From an uncultured Gemmatimonadales bacterium (lineage in GTDB: Bacteria > Gemmatimonadota > Gemmatimonadetes > Gemmatimonadales > GWC2-71-9), in the NCBI GenBank assembly GCA_963704015.1, contig CAVPGI010000012.1:36695-100694 (forward strand): a stretch of 64,000 nt of DNA. Direction: 5' to 3'. A model generated the notes under the pieces. That model was not told where the DNA came from, made no database searches, and worked only from the letters and a program-made list of their open reading frames with translations. Made by a program: the position numbers and the translations under genes. This document shows positions 61,134 through 64,000 of the stretch, piece by piece (the stretch's first letter is position 1; every line of letters begins with the position of its first letter).

Positions 61134-62432
61134 CTACTCCGCGCCGAGAGTGATCGGCGGCTCGGACTCGGCGAGAAGGGCGGAAAGGCGATTGCGCTCG
61201 CGCTCGAAGGCGGTGCGATCCCCGGGCTCGACCGGGTCGCCGCTGCCGAGCTGAACGCTGCGGGGATCCCGGGCGACCCCATTGAGCCGGAACTCGTAGT
61301 GCAGGTGGGGGCCGGTGGCGAGCCCGGTAGAGCCCACGTATCCGATGGTCTCGCCCTGGGTCACCCGGACGCCGTGGCGAATCCGGGGCGCAAAGCTCTC
61401 GAGGTGTCCGTAGCGGGTGGTGATCCCGTTCAGATGCCGGAGTTCCACCATGTATCCATATCCCGCCGTCCATCCCGCCATGGTCACGGTCCCGTCGCCG
61501 GCGGCGCGGACCGGAGTGCCCGGCGAGGCGACGAAATCGGTCCCTTCGTGGCGCCGAACCAGGCCGAGGATGGGATGCAGGCGCGCGGAGCTGAAGCGGG
61601 AGGAGACCCGCCGGAACTGCAGCGGGGCGAGCAGAAAAGCCCGATGCAGCGAGTTCCCGTTCTCGTCGTAGTACAGCTCACGTCCCTGGCCGTCCTCGAA
61701 CCGGTAGGCCGACAGCCGTTTCCCCCCGATGATGAGATCGCCCGCCAGGATCCGACCGAAACGCACCTCCCCCTCGTCATTCACCTCGCGCTCGGCCAGG
61801 ATGGTGTAGCGGTCGCCGGGCCGGATGTCGCGGGTAAAGTCGATCTCCCAGGCGTAGACGTCGGCCAGGTCCCAGGCCAGCCGCACCAGCTCAGCGGGAG
61901 GGAACAGGTCGGCGTAGAGGGAGGGCTCGAGCGCCTCGTACAGCGAGGCATCAATGGATCCCTCCAGCCGTACCGGCTGGGCCCGCCAGGGAATCGGGAT
62001 CCGCTCGGCGGTCCACCCGCCGGCCTCGCGATTGAACTGCAGGCGGTGATCGGGACCGGTGCGAACCACGATGCGGGTGGGAGTCGAGTCGGCCGCCTCG
62101 CGCCGGAAATGGAACACCAGGCCGGCGCGGAGCTTCTTGGGGTCGAACGAGAGCTCGCGCGGCAGGCCCGGAATCGGGATGCCCTGCACGTCGTGCCGAG
62201 CCAGCAGCTCGGAGAGGGTCTCGCCCCGGTGGAGGGTGTCCACGGTCTCTACGAACGACTCGGTGGTTATGATCGGGAGCCGGACGTCGAGCCGCCGCCA
62301 GGGCCAGGAGCCTCGCCAGGCAAAGACTCCGGCGACGGCCAGGATGCCTACCCCCGCGCCGGTCCGCAGGAACCGTCCCAGAAGCCCGACCAGTGCCCGC
62401 GAAGGGCTACCTATTCCCAAGTCGCCGTTCAC
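61134..62432 (-). CDS. M23-family peptidoglycan metalloendopeptidase
   Basis: Intact 432-aa ORF with an N-terminal TM. The C-terminal LytM domain has HEGTDFVASPGTPVRAAGDGTV...GYGYMVELRH...GYVGSTGLATGPHLHYEF. Confidence 0.85.
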   Translation of the reverse strand: MNGDLGIGSPSRALVGLLGRFLRTGAGVGILAVAGVFAWRGSWPWRRLDVRLPIITTESFVETVDTLHRGETLSELLARHDVQGIPIPGLPRELSFDPKKLRAGLVFHFRREAADSTPTRIVVRTGPDHRLQFNREAGGWTAERIPIPWRAQPVRLEGSIDASLYEALEPSLYADLFPPAELVRLAWDLADVYAWEIDFTRDIRPGDRYTILAEREVNDEGEVRFGRILAGDLIIGGKRLSAYRFEDGQGRELYYDENGNSLHRAFLLAPLQFRRVSSRFSSARLHPILGLVRRHEGTDFVASPGTPVRAAGDGTVTMAGWTAGYGYMVELRHLNGITTRYGHLESFAPRIRHGVRVTQGETIGYVGSTGLATGPHLHYEFRLNGVARDPRSVQLGSGDPVEPGDRTAFERERNRLSALLAESEPPITLGAE

Positions 62433-62436
62433 GCGC

Positions 62437-63603
62437 TCAGTCCATCTGCCGGCGAATGAAGGTCGGGATCTCCATGTCGGTCACCTCGGCGCCGGCGCCG
62501 CTGGGGCCGGTGGCGCGTCTGGGCTCGGGCCTGGGCGCGGGCACCGGAGTTGAGGCGGGCGGCGTGGCGGTAGTGCCGGTGCGCCGAGGATTGGGGAAGT
62601 TGAGGACGCCGCTGACTTGCGCCTTGGTGACCTCGGTCGCCGTGGGACGGTCGAAGCCGGTCGCGATCACCGTGACCCGGATCTCGCCTTCCAAGGCGGC
62701 ATCGATGGCGGCGCCGAAGATGATCTCGGCATCGTCTCCCACGGCCTCGTGAATGATCTCGCTGATATGGGTCGCCTCGCCCAGGGTCAGGTCGTTGCCG
62801 CCGGTGACGTTGAGCAGCACGCCCGAAGCGCCGGCGATGGAAACGTTGTCGAGCAGCGGGCTCGAGATGGCCTGTTGGGCCGCCTCCATCGCCCGGGTCT
62901 CGCCACGACCCACTCCGGAGCCCATGAGCGCCGCGCCGCCGTTCTGCATGATGGTCCGGACGTCGGCGAAGTCCACGTTGATGAGGCCGGTGGCGGTGAC
63001 CAGCTGGGCGATGCCCTGGGTGGCGTGGAGCAGGACCTCATCGGCCTTCTTGAGGGAATCCTGGAAGGGCATGCCCTTCCCCACCACCGCCAGCAGCCGC
63101 TCATTGGGCACCACGATCATGGTGTCCACGCTCCGGCGCATCTCGGCGATGCCCATTTCCGCCTGCTTCATCCGCTTGCGTCCCTCGAAGAGGAACGGCT
63201 TGGTCACGATGCCCACGGTGAGCGCGCCCAGGTCGCGGGCCATCTGCGAGATGATGGGAGCCGCTCCGGTTCCGGTACCGCCGCCCATGCCGCAGGTAAT
63301 GAAGATCAGGTCGGCGCCCTGGAGGACCTGGAGCACGTCGTCCCGGTTCTCCTCGATGGCCTGGCGCCCGATCTCGGGCCGGGCACCCGCGCCCAGTCCT
63401 CGGGTCAGCTTGCGCCCGATCTGGACCTTGATGTCCGAGCGCGAACTGTTGAGCGCCTGCGCGTCGGTGTTGACGGAGATGAATTCCACCCCCTGCAACC
63501 CTTCGACGACCATGCGATTGACGGCGTTCCCGCCGCCACCGCCGACCCCGACCACCTTCATCCGCGCGCTTTGCGCCGTCGTCTCTTCCAGCTCGAAGAT
63601 CAT
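62437..63603 (-). CDS. ftsZ: cell division protein FtsZ
   Basis: Intact 388-aa ORF: KVVGVGGGGGNAVNRM and the tubulin signature GMGGGTGTGAAPI. It has a Pro/Ala-rich linker and the conserved C-terminal peptide DMEIPTFIRRQ. Confidence 0.97.
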   Translation of the reverse strand: MIFELEETTAQSARMKVVGVGGGGGNAVNRMVVEGLQGVEFISVNTDAQALNSSRSDIKVQIGRKLTRGLGAGARPEIGRQAIEENRDDVLQVLQGADLIFITCGMGGGTGTGAAPIISQMARDLGALTVGIVTKPFLFEGRKRMKQAEMGIAEMRRSVDTMIVVPNERLLAVVGKGMPFQDSLKKADEVLLHATQGIAQLVTATGLINVDFADVRTIMQNGGAALMGSGVGRGETRAMEAAQQAISSPLLDNVSIAGASGVLLNVTGGNDLTLGEATHISEIIHEAVGDDAEIIFGAAIDAALEGEIRVTVIATGFDRPTATEVTKAQVSGVLNFPNPRRTGTTATPPASTPVPAPRPEPRRATGPSGAGAEVTDMEIPTFIRRQMD

Positions 63604-63625
63604 GGGATGTCCTCTCCGGCCTCGC

Positions 63626-64000
63626 TCAGAAGAAGTCCTGAAGCCATCGCTTCACCGGTCCCAGATATTTCTCGACCGACTGCCGCCGCCCGGCGGCGCC
63701 GAACGCACTGCCCTGCGCTACCTGGCGCGCGCCGTACAACGCCAGCCCGGCCGCGACCGCCAGCCGGGGGGACTCGAGACTGTCCGCCAACCCGGTCAGA
63801 GACTGCCCCGGTTTGCCCACCCGCACCGGCAGCGCGAAGACTTCGCGTGCCAGCTCGACGATGCCGGGGGCCACCGCGCCCCCACCCGTAAGAATCACGC
63901 CGGCCGGCAGGCGCTGGTGGTAGCCCGCCCGGGTCACCTCGTCCAGCGCGAACTGCAGTACTTCCTCCATCCGCTTATGCATGATGTGCGCGAGTACGCG
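63626..64000 (-). CDS. ftsA: cell division protein FtsA, C-terminal part (gene continues beyond the right edge)
   Basis: ...VILTGGGAVAPGIVELAREVFALPVRVGKP...SPRLAVAAGLALYG... ends with an amphipathic tail (VKRWLQDFF). It sits immediately upstream of ftsZ, as in dcw clusters. Confidence 0.85.
   Translation of the reverse strand, partial: RVLAHIMHKRMEEVLQFALDEVTRAGYHQRLPAGVILTGGGAVAPGIVELAREVFALPVRVGKPGQSLTGLADSLESPRLAVAAGLALYGARQVAQGSAFGAAGRRQSVEKYLGPVKRWLQDFF

Overview
High-G+C bacterial chromosomal segment. The envelope genes are Gram-negative in type (TonB-dependent receptor, Wza-like exporter, several OM beta-barrels). The lineage cannot be fixed from the sequence alone. About 60 genes are present. 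All but one (mazG) lie on the minus strand, with very short gaps or 4-11 bp overlaps. Left to right: tail of an exopolysaccharide locus (methyltransferase, Wzy-like polymerase, WbaP-like priming transferase, Wzc-like kinase, Wza-like exporter); tadA and clpB; recO-selB; a cobalamin-riboswitch-controlled B12 uptake operon (btuF-btuC-btuD-TonB receptor-beta-propeller lipoprotein); metK; a complete mannose-family PTS with HPr kinase and hpf; nusB plus the rib operon; purM and argS; methylmalonyl-CoA mutase; fbp; comEC-comFB; miaB; deoB, alr, mazG, asnS, recG and ftsY; hisA; an M23 peptidase; ftsZ and the end of ftsA. I saw no rRNA, tRNA, CRISPR array, transposase or integrase. About 22 recognisable genes, including essential ones, have broken reading frames, while neighbouring genes are intact. 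I type these as pseudogene because that is what the sequence shows, but assembly indels are the more likely cause. Many long ORFs in the supplied track are either chimeras that read through two genes or antisense shadow ORFs typical of high-G+C DNA. I found no clear novel multi-gene system. The most interesting items are the B12 operon with its terminal beta-propeller lipoprotein, the gap-free rib-nusB-hpf-hprK-PTS array, a family of short ACGG-type repeats and hairpins, and a low-G+C islet.
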